Shown: positions 14,501 to 27,500 of the stretch, in pieces
Numbering within the stretch: the first letter of the stretch is position 1
Layout: every line of letters begins with the position of its first letter
From: Botryllus schlosseri
Lineage: Eukaryota
Assembly: GCA_051294905.1 (NCBI GenBank)
Contig: CM119381.1
Coordinates: forward strand, 17,422,001-17,486,000
Direction of reading: 5' to 3'
DNA: 64,000 nt
The notes under the pieces: model-generated
What the model saw: only the letters and a program-made list of their open reading frames with translations
What the model was told of the DNA's origin: nothing
Database searches by the model: none
Translations under genes and position numbers: made by a program

Positions 14501-17500
14501 GATAGGGTTCTGCGCAGACACAATCAGAGCCGCGCAGACACAATTCACAATTAATTTATATATGAACTGAACCCGATTCAAAGTTTTAGCTAATTCAGTA
14601 ATTCTAATTCAAATGTAATTTGGAAGAAAATGGGTAGCTTTACCTCTAATTCTAATTTAATTTGGAATAAAAAACGGGCTATAATTCTAATTCTAGTGTA
14701 ATTTGGAATAAACCGAGTTGTTATAATTCTAATTATATTGTAATTCGGAAAACCTGGCTGAAAATTATGGTTGCTCAATTCCGGTTTTGTAATCACTTTT
14801 CGCACTGTCACCGTGATGTACAGAGTGATAATAAGTTGCCATTGAAAGAATGTTGATGAAAGATGTTGTGATTACTGATACATTCTGAAGAGCTTCTTGG
14901 AGGTACAGAACTTCAATATACAATTGAATAGTATATTCATATTGTAATAAACCCGAATACTTTCGGCTGACACTCGTCAGGGGGGTATCGTCAGCAACTA
15001 GTAGAGAATTGGAAAGAACACTATATCAACACTCACATTTCGAAATATGACGTCACCAGCATGAAATGAGATCTTAAATAAGAGAGCGTTCGATGTACTA
15101 TTTTAAGATGGTACACGAACTCCTTTTGATGACAAAGCTTGGGCTGATGTATTTTGATAAAGGTCGACTCCAAGGCACACAAATCGCTCTCTTATTTGAG
15201 ATCTCATTTCATGCTGGTGACGTCATATTTCGAGATACGACTGTTGATATACAATGTCCTTTCCAATTCTCTACTAGTTGCTCAGGATTTTCCCTGAAAA
15301 GTGTCAGCCGGGTTCATTTCAATATGAATATACTATTCAATTAATACATTTGCTACTCCGAAAAAATGCTCACGGTGTATAGTGTGGAAACTTCTAAGAT
15401 TCGCTTGCGAACACGAACCTCTGAAATATCGAGGATCGTATAACGAACACGAACATGAATGGAGCGTGGCACCAACCAAGTTTTTATGTATGGCGTAGGC
15501 CTAATAATGTATGTGATGGCGTATAATGAAGCAATTAAGGAACTTCAATGGTGATTTTGCGGAAAGGAAATGCCCTTACATAAGATTGACACGTACAAAA
15601 AAATAACTTGAAAACTATCTTCAAATGACTGTCTGAACCCGCAATCAGTTCTGTTGATCCGAAATTTTACAATACTCCACAAACGACTTTCAACCGTTAC
15701 ACAACAAATCTGGATTTCAATTGAGTTGTCTATTCAAAGTCGCATCTGTTCATGAATCACATTTCCCTCGTCGCTGCATGATAAAATGAAATGTGTACGA
15801 TTGTAAATGTCGGAAGGACCTTTTTGTAACGCCACAATTACAAACCCGCCATCGCATATATATCCAATATTCGCATACACATTTGTAAAAGCACCTGCAA
15901 CCCAGGTTTACAAACAAGTCCTAGTTTTTCTTACTCCTAACAAACATGTTTATTCAATCAGAGAAAAACAGTATTTGGTCCCGATTTCGAAGTACTGATA
16001 CGGACAAAAGATACCAATAATGTGGAAACTTTACTATTCTTTGAAGTTTCAACGCAATACCTGTCTTGGCCGTCCGATATATTACCGATATAAACATACA
16101 ATATTTAGCATATTTCGAATGTCCATACTACCTTATCAGTTAATATACGAATCGCAAAAGACTTTGGCCTGGCTTCATTACGAAACTACTGAACTTTACT
16201 CTTACCATGATATTAAGTCCACATTAGTTTATCGCGACTAATGTGCTGAATTGAAATATATTATATTTTGGTAAATTTGTAGGCGAGTAAATGCTGCTTT
16301 ATAAAGTGATTAGCTAAATTAATTCTCTTGATTGTAAAGCTGATTTCATGGACAACGATGTAAAACTGTGCGTTGGTTATTCTTCATAGCTGTCTTCCCT
16401 CTACTGTCTCCACAATCAAGAGTAAATGCAATTTCCATTTCTAATACCATTTCGTTTATCAGTAGCAATATAACTATATACTTCGCCTGAGTAAAGTAAC
16501 AATATGACTTAGTCTTGAGTTTCGATCTCGCAAGATAAACTGCGCTGAACAAAAAAACACGATCTACTAATTTGAATGATGGCCAACCGGGTTCACGTTC
16601 AGGCCTGATGGATTATTATTCAATAATATGCCTTTCTGTTAACCGCAATTTGCTACGTGTTACGTAGGAAGACTGGACCGAGACAGACCACATATACCCG
16701 AGGCGATCAACTAACCAGGACACTTTTTTGATACGAACCTCCCATTAACTGAATGACGCCTCGCAGCGATGACTTCGCAATGCAAATGTTACACAATCAT
16801 TCAACTTATTCCCTTGCTCGTAAGGTAAATCGATAAACAGTAATTTACGTAGCATCGCTGCATGTTGATGAAGCGTTGATAAAACACATTTAACGTTACG
16901 ACATTTGACCCACTTCACCTGTCGTCAGCCTGTAACTATATATATTTTTTTATCATTTAACGAGACAATGGTGTAACACTGTACCTTAGCGAACGACATA
17001 CATGCATAAACAAAGTTGTGTGTGAAGTTGCGATTAATAGCTAGGTAGCAAACCTGTAAAACTTTGCATCGCAGGCTGCAAAAATGTGTGCTTCAACCAA
17101 TTCAACCGAATCAGTCACTTGCGATTTTGGGCTGCTCAAATAATTGCCGTCTGCACTCCTTCTATAATTTTCGTCGTGTACGCCACCCACGTTCTGATGT
17201 CGTCGCAAAACGACAACGAGGTGAGAATAGTGGAATAATTCTTTCAAGTTGTCACATTTTGTCGTACGCAGCAGACGTACGAGGAAGGGACGAAGGAACT
17301 GGTAGCAACTGAGACGCCGCCGGCAGTGACAACGAAAGGGAAATGGGGAAGTAGCAGGAAAGCGAGCACCAGGTAAGACTTCGATACACATACTATCCAA
17401 GCTTTAAAGGGTTTACAATATAGTTATTGACGTACCAATAAAAGTGATTTGTTGAGGGAGATAGGCTGAGGTGGAATATTTCCAATGGATGCAATCGTTA

Positions 17501-20500
17501 CGTTACGTTACAATTTCAGCAATTGCATTCGCCACGGGCGAGCGATGGCGCATGCGGTCAATCCTCTATCTAATAAAATTGCGTCAACTGTCGCTCACTA
17601 TCCCCCTTTACATTCCACGAGCTATATTTGATCCTCGCCGAGTCCACAGGTCAACAAAGAGCAAGACGGGATTCTACGGTAGCCTGAGAGGACGCGTAAA
17701 GCACACTCGTAAAGCTACCAATGGCGAAGAGTCCCCAGAAGCGGTCGTGGGAGAGGAAGGTGAACCTGCAGTATTTTATAATGCCACCTTCCTCGTCAGG
17801 ATTAATCTAATTTTTCCCACCGTATGCCATTCATTACTGCATATGTTATCTGGTCACTCTGGACATAGGCGCCAAAGACCATACAATACAAAGTGATTGC
17901 TAATATCTATTGATCTCCGAATTTCAATCAACATAGGCTGGGGAATTCTAGTACAGCCTACCTAAGAGATTGAATTCCGAGAGGAATTTCAACCGCTGAG
18001 TTTGTTTGTTATTATTAGAGTAGGCTACATAAATATAGTCATAATAGCGAAAGCTTTTAGTCGTGAACTATAGCGCAAAATCAGTTAAGGTGGATACACC
18101 GAACAGAGATTATAAGCATTGACAACTGCTGGCTGGTCTGTCGATATTCCAAAGTTAACATAATTAGTAGAAATTACGTTGAATAACCGAAACAATTTAG
18201 ACGACACACCCGCCGAGCTGCAGGATGACGGGACCGACATTGATCAATCGTTAGCGGACATAGAAAGACAACTTGCTGCGCTGCAAAAGCAACAAACCAG
18301 CAAAACCACGAATATACGGATTAAATTTGCCTATGTGATAGCGCTATTTTTAAGAACGGGATCCGAAGCTGTTTTCGTTTGGCTACAATATATCTTATAC
18401 GGCTTTGAAGTTCCCGAAATATACCATTGCGACAGGTTGGTGGCTCGGGCGATATATAGAAATCTGCGTTTTGGCAAAGAATGACAGCGGTTCTCTCAAT
18501 GTGTGCAAACAGTTGGTCCTTTTCACTGTGTATTGAAATCGCAATTTACACTGATTACTGACACAGCACAACGTCAAAAGAGACTTGCTCCACTCTTATA
18601 TTTTCCCTCAAGAAAAATGAATATATAAATAAATCCGATTTCAAAACTTTACCGTTTATACTCCGCGGAATTCTATATAGCGTCCATGGCTGGATTCAAA
18701 GCGATTTCGTCCACGACCAAGACAACTGAATATACCGAATACTGAATACTGAATACTGTCTCTGCTCTCGTACCTACATTGTTGCAGTAGTTTTGTGTGA
18801 AATCGAAATCGATACCTTATGTAGATATATATTGATTGCTATATATTTAAATCGTCACAATCATGTAACTATAAAGCTTACAGAATACAGATGAGCTAAA
18901 TCAGGGGTTCTCAACCTCAATTTGGCGTGCTGCTTACTAAAAAAATGGTCAGCACCTTCGCCGAAACCCGTGTCCGGTCAATACCGAGAATGCTATTACC
19001 GAAAATGTACATTGTACAATTGTACATTACCGAGAATACTATTACCAAGAATGAACGTTACTGGGAATATACAATACTGAGAATGCTATTACCGAGACCA
19101 GGGCCGGCCAACCCGTGGCCCACGAGAAGGTTTTGAGTGGCCCGCGAGGTAATTTCCGAAATTTCTAATATCATCAAAAATGGATTGCACAGATTGTGTA
19201 CTTGCAAGGCCAACCAAAAATTTGATTAGTCTGGCCGCAACACTTGAGATGTGATGACTAAAATATCAGTTTCGACTCATTGACAGATCCATCAACCATT
19301 CATATATTGGTATATCTTCGTACACTACAATAAAGCAGAATAATTTGCGATAGATTTATCAAAGGTAAAAATTTCCTACAAGCTTAGCGCGTTGTCACTC
19401 GATTTCTTGTTCTTAATATTGTTGCCCTTTTGTGAAAATTGAAGAACACCCAATGTATCAGATTGAGTCTAACTATATTCGCGATTACGAGACAAAGTGT
19501 CGCTCAATATATGCGACATTGCATTTGCACAGGCAGTAAGACCGTTGACTGTGAAACCTAGGCACGAAATGATTGACGCATGTTGGTCGCAGCTTTCGAT
19601 ATCGATATGTCCATGCGCCGAATAGTCCAGTCCTCGCAAACTTAGCCCAGCGATATACAGCAGGCCCGCAATATAATCAAGTGACAATATTATTGACCTA
19701 TGAACTTCAAAAAATTTTCGCGCTTCGCGCGGATAGTGGCCCGCGCAAAAGTTCGTCAATCGAATGTGGCCCTTTGGCTGAAAAGGTTGGCCAGCCCTGA
19801 CCGAGACTGAACATTACCGAGAAAGACACGACCTAAATGGACATTACAGAGAAAACAATTAAAACATTCAACGCCATTAAAAATGATGAAATTCTGATCA
19901 CTCGCGACATGCATGATCAATGATCATTGGTCAGTGCTGTCAGGTATTGTTTCCTTCCGCCGTTTTTGCGCTAATATTATAGGAGCCTATTCATTTGCCC
20001 GAATATTTAAGCACGACGATCAGTAACAAAAAACAACAATTAAAACGAATGGCGGACGTTACTCTTCCAAGCGAACTTAATGATCTCGAAATCTATTACG
20101 ATATAACAGATTCCGCGTCGGGTTGATTAGCCGTGAAATCGGGTACTGATTGGTATGATAGCGAGACGAGGTCTGTGAGATCTCCTTATTTGTTGTTTTT
20201 GTATGTATGTACTTCATCGTAACTCGCGATCCGTAATTAGAGGTGTGAAACCAGTTACGCACGACACTGGACCAATAGTTCAATATAACTTGGCTATGTA
20301 TTTTGGATATCCGATCCGTGCGCATTCGTTAACTCGAGTAAGTGCCTTGTAATTTGACACGCGGGTGCTTTCGTAACTTGATTTTGGTTTATTATAGCGA
20401 GGCATAAACCAAGTTGCGTCTACCAGATACGAAAACACGTCTTCTCCATTCGGATTGTTATCGTAGTGTACTACAGCGGAGCTAAATCCAGCTTTATTCC

Positions 20501-23500
20501 TGGTCAAGCCCGGAGCGCTGACGGAAGGAGTCATGCCATTATCCACAAGCGCAAGAGTGTGATATTTTATGTATAAGTATTTAAAGTCAGTATTATTCTC
20601 GATAACGCAAGCTCCATCTCAGTTTTGTGTTAAACGTTTTTCTTTACTGTCACGGTGACACAACCAGTGACAGTAATGGAAATTCAAGTAATTTGGATCC
20701 CTATGTTGAGATTACCGAAACCCTATGTGTGTACTGTGTATATTCGGTGTCAAATCTCGGGTATAGATCTTGTTCTCTGTAATGACCATTCTTGGTAGTG
20801 CCTTTCACGGTAATGTCTAGTCTCTGTCGTGCCTTTCTCGGTAATGTCAATTCTCGGTAGTAGTATTCTCGGTCGTGTCCGTATGAGTAATAGCATTCTC
20901 GGTAGTAGCATTCGCGGTCGTGTCCGTATAGGTAATAGCCAGCACCGTAACTGCCGCACCCCAAACCCCCCAATTGGGGGGGGGGGCCCGAGCTCGAAGG
21001 GGCCCAAAATTATTTCGTGAATTAGCATAAATCATAGAGTATTTTTTGAAAATTTAAGCAATTTTTTAAAATTTTTTTTCGCGCTGCGCGCGAATTCAAG
21101 TAGCCATTTATCTTTATTATTGGGTATTGGGCCATTACCGCGCCACGACCCACCAAGACATACAATCAAGTTTTAGGCCATATAACATGCGACTCCAAGA
21201 AGTGTGCCAGAACGATCGGCAGCGAGAAAAGCTTGGCCGAAAATGTCTATGCCCTTATGCAGACCGAAGACTTCGTTATGTATACAAAATACATATAGGT
21301 TTAATTGTCCATAGGAGTCTAAATGACTGGCGCCGAATGTTCCTGTCTTTGCAATTTGAACCTCACAAGACAAATACCATCCCCCTGGAAAAAATTTTAT
21401 GCCAGTGAAGAAATACCAATTTGAAATCGTGTGCGTCTCTTAGTTTAGAAGCCTACGTTTGGGCGATTCTATATTTTTTGATATAGCAGACTGGAAGTCA
21501 CGAAATAACATCATGTAACGAAGTCATATCATCGGGTCCGCGCGCCCGAAGATGTTTAATCATTATTTACGGGCCCTCTTGTTTTCAAGACACTTCACTC
21601 AGCTCTACCAGTAAATCTAATTACGTGAGTAGAGAGGACAATAAATTGATAGCATAATATATATGGAATCGCCGATCTGATTAACCGATTTTATCATAAA
21701 TTATCGAAAATTTTCGCGCTTCGCGCTGGCTCACAATACAGTACAGATAATTTCGTGACAAACACGAACAACGTGATCGTTGGGTCGTTTTATCACCCTA
21801 TGGGAGTCCAAGACCCACGTTTTTGGGGGCCTGACGAGGTGCTGTTTCGTTCCTGCCAACGGGTATACGCCCGAAGATGTTTAATTATTATGGAGTGGTC
21901 CTACCTTTTCAAACACACCTGACTCAGCTCTACCGGCCAATCTGATTACGTGAGCAGATAGAAGATAAAAATTGATAACAATATATGCAATTCCCGATCA
22001 TACTTACCGATGAAATCATTAATTGTCGAAAATTTCCGCGCTTCGCGCGCTTAGGCGACAAAAGCTGGTTCACTAAACAAAATCCCAATGAATATGATGA
22101 ATAGCGGTGAAGAGTGTATCGCCGGAGGGGGGTCTGGGGGGCGAAGCCCCCCAGAAGTTGGGTCTATAACCCTATGGGGGGCCCAAGACCAAAGTTTTTT
22201 GGGGGGCTGACGAAGTGCTGTTACGGCCCTGGTAATAGCATTCTCGGTATTAGTATGGAACCGCCCAAACCTACTCACTGCCTATGTGGGAAGCTGGCGA
22301 TAATGTGCGCACTGCGCAGTAATAGCATGTCAACTCGTCAACCTCCGCTATTGAGACGATAGCAACGTAGGCCTATACATACGTCTGTTTCAACGATTTA
22401 TATCTATATCCAGTCGAAGTAGTCGAGTAGTACTACCTGAAGTTCTGCGACACATGAAATGCAGACAACGATCTATATAATTTATTTAGCAGCGCTGGGC
22501 GAGTGCGTATGTATCCTGTTAATACATAGTACTGCCGATAACCAGTAGTTTTTACCGAAAGGGGAAATTCCCGTCATATTTATTTCTACGCACCCAACAC
22601 TTGGCCAGACACTGACCTAACGCGACGCTTTAAAATGACGGGTAAACTGATCTGATACCTTGTTTGTCGGATTCAAATTCCTCAGAGGTCGTTATTTTAT
22701 ATGTTTTCAGGAATGAGCCGCCGACAGCATCCGGTTAATTGACATTCTTGTAATGGTCATTGGTATTTAATTTTCGCCTCTTCGATCCCTATAGAATAGG
22801 CTAATGGGCTAACGATCCCATTGCGGTCGTGACCGCTAGGTTGGGAACCTCTGCTCTTGATTTCACGAAAGCAATCGCTGGCAATAAATTTGTTGCGCCA
22901 TTTTAGTTCTTTGTTTTTGTTCTGAGCAATTGACGAAACGCGAGTGTGTTTCCGATCATACAGCCTATATACTCTTTGCAAGGTTACGCATAGTCGAGTA
23001 TATTTTATATTTCATCACATACTCTTACTTGCAGACGTTTTGATGCGCCCCGGAAATGCGCTATATACTTCTAAGGTAAACGTCATTGAATAAAGAATAT
23101 AGCTATTTTTTTTCTTTAGTAACATGAGTAACATCGCTGTTACCACGATTCGGAGAACCTCTGCGGGTATCTTTACCTAGAATTCCTTCATATCACTTAG
23201 ATTTGAATATCATTGCGTAGTCAACTTTACTCGAAAATGAAAAATACCAGAAAAAAACTACTCATCACATCTTGCTGTATAGTCAATCTTAAAACATGGT
23301 CTACCTTCCAGAACACCTTGTCAGCACATCGTGGACTGCTTTGTATCCAGACCTACGGAAAAAACGCTGTTCTTATGGTTCATGTTCGTCGTGTCTTGTA
23401 TATGCCTGCTGCTTAACATAATCGGTAAGTTACTACCTAACCACTCGCACCACTCGTGAAAATAAATACATTAGGCGACCATTTTCCAAGTAGGCATACA

Positions 23501-24497
23501 TTGTGAGATCGTGCAAAACGCTATAAAAGTTGTTTTCTCACGCATCCGAGCGGATGTCAATATTTTAATATAATCATTATATAATTATTATTGCACGGTA
23601 AATGTGTGATTCGCGATAATGAGCGAGTCTTAACTAGCAACGACGGCGAAATTCTTTCTAAATATTATCGTGACTATTCTCAAAGCTCTTTTGTATTATC
23701 TTTATTTTTATAAAACGTATGGAACGCATATTTTAAAAGTCACCTTTGATAAAAAAAAAAAAACACAGCACAAGGCTTCTTCGATCGACGAGCTCCTTGT
23801 GTTAAGAATATATGAATTTGAAATATTCATTTGAAGAAATAATTCAAGATCAGATATACGCATATGTGCCAAGGTATATATCAAGTCGATGATTTATGAA
23901 TTATCATAATCCATTTGCTTGTTCGTCTAAGCGTCTGGTGATATTTTGTCTGGCCGTTATCGTCAACTCGATAATTACAAATTCAATTTTCTCACTACTC
24001 GACACAAGATCTGCCCGCGGCTCTTTGGAAAAATGTAAATAAATATCATGATGGATATGATGCAATCGATATCATAATTCAGGCTATATTAAATAAATAG
24101 GCTAAATCACTCAGTGAGGGTAATTAATATCTCAGAAATCAAATATCTCGGACTCAAGAAACTGGCCAAGGTTCTTTGTTCACCGTCTTCAGCGGAGAGC
24201 GACGAATCAATTTACGTCACCGGCGCAAAATCTCCAAAAGATTACACTAATGAAACTCAGAGCGGATCAGGCGAAGAAATCACTGGGAATACAAATCGAA
24301 AATATTTACATAATCAGGATGGCCGAAGAATGAAATCAGAATCTGACAGCGATTCGATAGGCTTCAGTGAAATAGGCAAACCCCCTCCTTATCCCATAAC
24401 CAATTTCCCACTAGTCCACAGGTACGGATTGCTGCTAAACTCTAAGCCCCCTCCTACAGCTCCTCATTCGGCGGAAGTGGAAAAGTCGTACCTGTGA
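11576..24497 (+). CDS. Connexin (gap junction protein) CxB, ~413 aa; exons 11576-11750, 17075-17220, 17272-17372, 17650-17759, 18201-18435, 23312-23424, 24136-24497
   Basis: [25 protein letters not shown]-terminus; E1 motif CNTETP|GCKNVC (C-x6-C-x3-C); E2 motif HCDR|[17 protein letters not shown]. The exons sum to 1242 nt in one frame with consistent phases. The 17759 and 18435 donors are weaker than consensus. Confidence 0.92.
12633..13584 (+). mobile_element. Non-autonomous hAT (Charlie-like) deletion derivative with transposase C-terminal remnant
   Basis: TIR CAGCGGTTCTCAACC / GGCTGAGAACCACTG; near-TSD TTTTAGAA / CTTTAGAC. ~13190-13320 translates as ...[20 protein letters not shown], like the hAT dimerisation domain. 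A relative lies at 40778. Confidence 0.82.
13985..14150. repeat. Degenerate ~42-bp tandem repeat (TAATCTAATTTGTGAAATG core)
   Basis: Repeated TCTAATCTAATTTG units seen directly. Confidence 0.6.
14585..14790. repeat. Degenerate ~39-bp tandem repeat (TAATTCTAATT...TAATTTGGAA)
   Basis: About four units seen directly; compositionally related to 13985-14150. Confidence 0.6.
14922..15342. mobile_element. Foldback/palindromic MITE (~165-bp arms, ~96-bp spacer)
   Basis: 14922-15088 is the reverse complement of 15185-15342 with few mismatches, e.g. GAAATATGACGTCACCAGCATGAAATGAGATC. Confidence 0.85.
19099..19799 (-). mobile_element. hAT-type MITE (CAGGGCTGGCCAACC family)
   Basis: 15-bp TIR CAGGGCCGGCCAACC / GGTTGGCCAGCCCTG with a perfect 8-bp TSD ACCGAGAC. 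Confidence 0.9.
20100..20330 (-). pseudogene. Possible decayed hAT transposase dimerisation-domain remnant
   Basis: [20 protein letters not shown]... and, in a shifted frame, [14 protein letters not shown] resemble YPxLAKL..IPVSS..ERGFS.LK.IKTK; stops and a frameshift are present. Confidence 0.3.
20940..22231 (-). mobile_element. hAT-type MITE (CAGGGCCGTAAC family), inverted relative of 6461-7400
   Basis: Ends CAGCACCGTAAC / GTTACGGCCCTG with a perfect 8-bp TSD GTAATAGC; collinear reverse-complement similarity to 6461-7400. Confidence 0.88.
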
Positions 24498-25099
24498 TAT
24501 ACCCAACATTGCAGGAGACATATTTCCGGGCAAATCAGAATCATCGTATCTATGGGATACGAACTTGACTGTCTTAAATCTTGTGCGTACATCTCCTAGC
24601 CTACTCTCCCAACAGTCTGAATAAGAGAGGTATTCATATTCACCTATATATACTCATTCAGCGCATTGTCGGAGAAATATAGTATTTTGTATATAGTACT
24701 CTACCCGTCCATTCGGAATTACCCTAGTTTTCATAAGTAAGCGATTATTCTGAATTGCGTCGTCTAAACACATATGAAATGCGGTCGATTGTAAACTTAA
24801 AAGCGTGTTTTGTAAACGAATCCCGTGACTGTAATTTGAATATAGCCTTTACAACATTTATGAGCTCAGTACACAGTTATAGGTCAATCACCTACATAGA
24901 TGTTAGTGCATGTGTGTCTAAAGTCTTCGCTATATGCCTACTGTAGGAATACATGTACTTAATTAGATATCATTCTTTGACCGTTTGCTGAAAGTTATTG
25001 CCTATATTAAAGTGTTTTGGACCACAATAAACTATATTTTCATGTGACATAGGTCTACTCGGGAAACATATTCAAATATATTCATTATTCACCCTTACA

Positions 25100-25993
25100 T
25101 TGACTTGGTCTGTAACGAAATACCTCTTCTTTTTCGAAATACTCAAAGTAGTTCTCCCCTACTTGCAGAACTCGCTCTAGAATATCTAATTTTTTGCTAC
25201 TTCTACTTCATAACATTTTGTGATTTTGCTTACTTACTTTAGCTGTTTTCAGTTTGTAAAGTAGAAGCATTATATTCCTCCAATTAGAACAGGGGTGGCC
25301 AACGTTTTCTACCAAAGGGTCACATGAGATTTACGAACCATTGCACGGGTCTCTTGAATGTTGATGACCTTTTTTTAGTCGTCCGATAGCAGAGAGCCGG
25401 ATTAGATAACAGTGAAAACAAGACTAGTAATACAGCGCAAACAATTTTGTCAGGAAAACTCGGTGTGCACTCATGTCTCAGCCTCGCCAAGCGCGAAAAT
25501 TTTTCAGGGTTAGGGAATGAATTCGGTCAATAAGATATGTACTTGCATATATTGCGGGCCGTCTCAATATCGAAGATTTCGGCGAACTTGCGTCTATTAT
25601 TACCTGGGTACTGCCTTACTTGCCTCCCCTGACCGCGCGACACTGCTCTCAGTTCTTCTAATTCATTTCAATTCTTTTGTCTGGAGAACATCCGTGTTCA
25701 AGTTAAAATCCGAGTATATTGCCTCTCTTTTCCGCAAATAAAATGACAGCATATGGCATTTTTACGCTATCCGCCATATTTTTTATCAAGGTATATACTA
25801 ATCTCGCAAAGTGCGAACACCGTAGACGATGCTACTACGGGCCTTATACTAATTTAAAGTCAGCCAATTCTACTTTGCTTGAAGGAGTTTTAGGTTACCT
25901 TTGAAAGTACTACTTCTACTCGTACTAGAATACATTCTTGCATCGCTACTTATAATTCTAAATGAGTAGTTTTGAGTACTTTGACCCCCTCTG
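25100..25993 (+). mobile_element. CAGAGGTGGTC-family MITE (TACTTCTACTT-rich) with nested truncated hAT MITE at 25290-~25590
   Basis: Left GGTCTGTAACGAAATAC, right TACTTTGACCCCCTCTG; the nested element starts CAGGGGTGGCCAAC. Confidence 0.65.
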
Positions 25994-27239
25994 CCATTAT
26001 ACTATATATGATGATGCCATATAGTATATATACCGTCCAGGGGTTCTCGAGTTTCCCTGTTTTTGTAACATTTCTCCAATAATATACTATCCTACTAGTA
26101 ATGATTAGTTTACTTCGCTTCACGGTTGCATCAAACATCGTCGGCATCAGAAAGTAAGTCTACGTGGAATCGTCATTAGTGAAAGAGTGATTTACTGCAA
26201 GACAGTGATTATGCATTGAATTCGCAACCAGCAGACCGAGGAGAATAACTGTAACCTACCGCCCGGGAATAAATTATCCATTCTGAGAGGCGTGCGCGTC
26301 GCGATAAGAGTTTGCCATTTCGTTTAATATGGCATGTCAGAGCGATCCTTATACAGTTAGAGAAGTGCCACCTGTACGAAACGTGAATGAATGATTGATG
26401 GATTTTTTTCCAGGGGCGTATAGTATAGAGAAAATGTTCTGAGTTAAAAGTTAAGTTGTTAATTGCCGAAACATCGTGACGTCTCTATAGGGCATAGATA
26501 TAAAATTGCGGGCTTAACTACCAATCGTAGTCCGGGCTACTATCTTCCGCACACACCCGAGACACACATTCAGGACTTTGTCGAATTTTACCGAGTTTCG
26601 TGGGAATCTTTGAAAGGGAATTTGTGATTGAAAATTTCTCGAAAAAATTCCGAGGTGAGCCCTTTCCTCAGAACAGTACCGTTGTCGTCATTTATCCTAA
26701 TAATGGGACTATTATTTGATATATCACAATGCAGTAGTTATAAAATATACTAAAACAACATAAAAATTGTGTTAAATGTATCGACTTTATGAATTCGATA
26801 GACTTACACTGTTCGTTTCAAAAGTACAATCTGGCACAACTTGCGGACATCAAGTGTTTCCTTTGGTTCACATTAATGACATAACCCACAAAAATAAATA
26901 CAGACTAAACTATATTTCTTTTCGATTCTGTGTCTATGGTATATAAGATTACATGGCGCTTATGCCATATCTTAAATACATTGCTAAAGAGAAACTGATT
27001 AGTTAAATTTTACACGGTTAATGTGAACAAATCGTTCGCATTCTATTGGTCACCAAAAGTAGTTTGGCTATGAGTATGAGTGATTTGTCGATGTGGAATT
27101 CGATAGCAATCTGGATTGATGGGCAAATTCCACCGTTTCGGCAATTCTCGTCAGCCATTCATTGATGCAATCCGGTTATGCTCTTATATGACGAATCAGT
27201 ACCGTTACAGTAGAGTGCCTAAAATAGATCCAGAAAACC

Positions 27240-27500
27240 TATGATTAGAGGCAATCATGGAGAATGTCATCTGTCAATATATGGTAATATGCAGGCCCCC
27301 TCTACATTCTCTATAATGAGTTAATGACACAGTTCTAATAAGAGACTACATTACACAATACATATTGGAATTCAAAACTTATAATAATATCGGCAAAGGG
27401 TCATCTCATTGACATTCATCCCAGTCGATCGTGATGCTCGATACGATACATGTTGACATCATGGATGCATCTGTTGGTGTTATGTCCACTTTTCATCCCT
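27240..27500 (+). pseudogene. Decayed penton-like ORF fragment (tentative)
   Basis: MIRGNHGECHLSIYGNMQAP.. then YILEFK..*..MLDTIHVDIMDASVG, with stops and a frameshift. Confidence 0.3.

Larger units (their letters stand above)
18967..22262. mobile_element. Composite element: two inverted arms of ~15-bp ACCGAGAATGCTATT repeats, each interrupted by a hAT MITE, around an ~840-bp core
   Basis: Left arm ~18967-19860 (+) and right arm ~20700-22262 (-) share repeat units and GACATTACCGAGAAAG(A/G)CACGAC. The outermost termini do not match well. Confidence 0.55.

Noticed and set aside
17760-17896. Read-through of CxB exon 4 to the stop at 17896
   Set aside because: It would truncate the protein before TM3; splicing 17759 to 18201 restores a complete connexin.
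18975-20939. Regular short repeats (ACCGAGAATGCTATT) as a CRISPR array, and the repetitive ORFs 20701-21035
   Set aside because: The context is eukaryotic, units are ~15 bp, degenerate and lack unique 30-40 bp spacers, and there are no cas genes. The ORFs merely translate the repeat.
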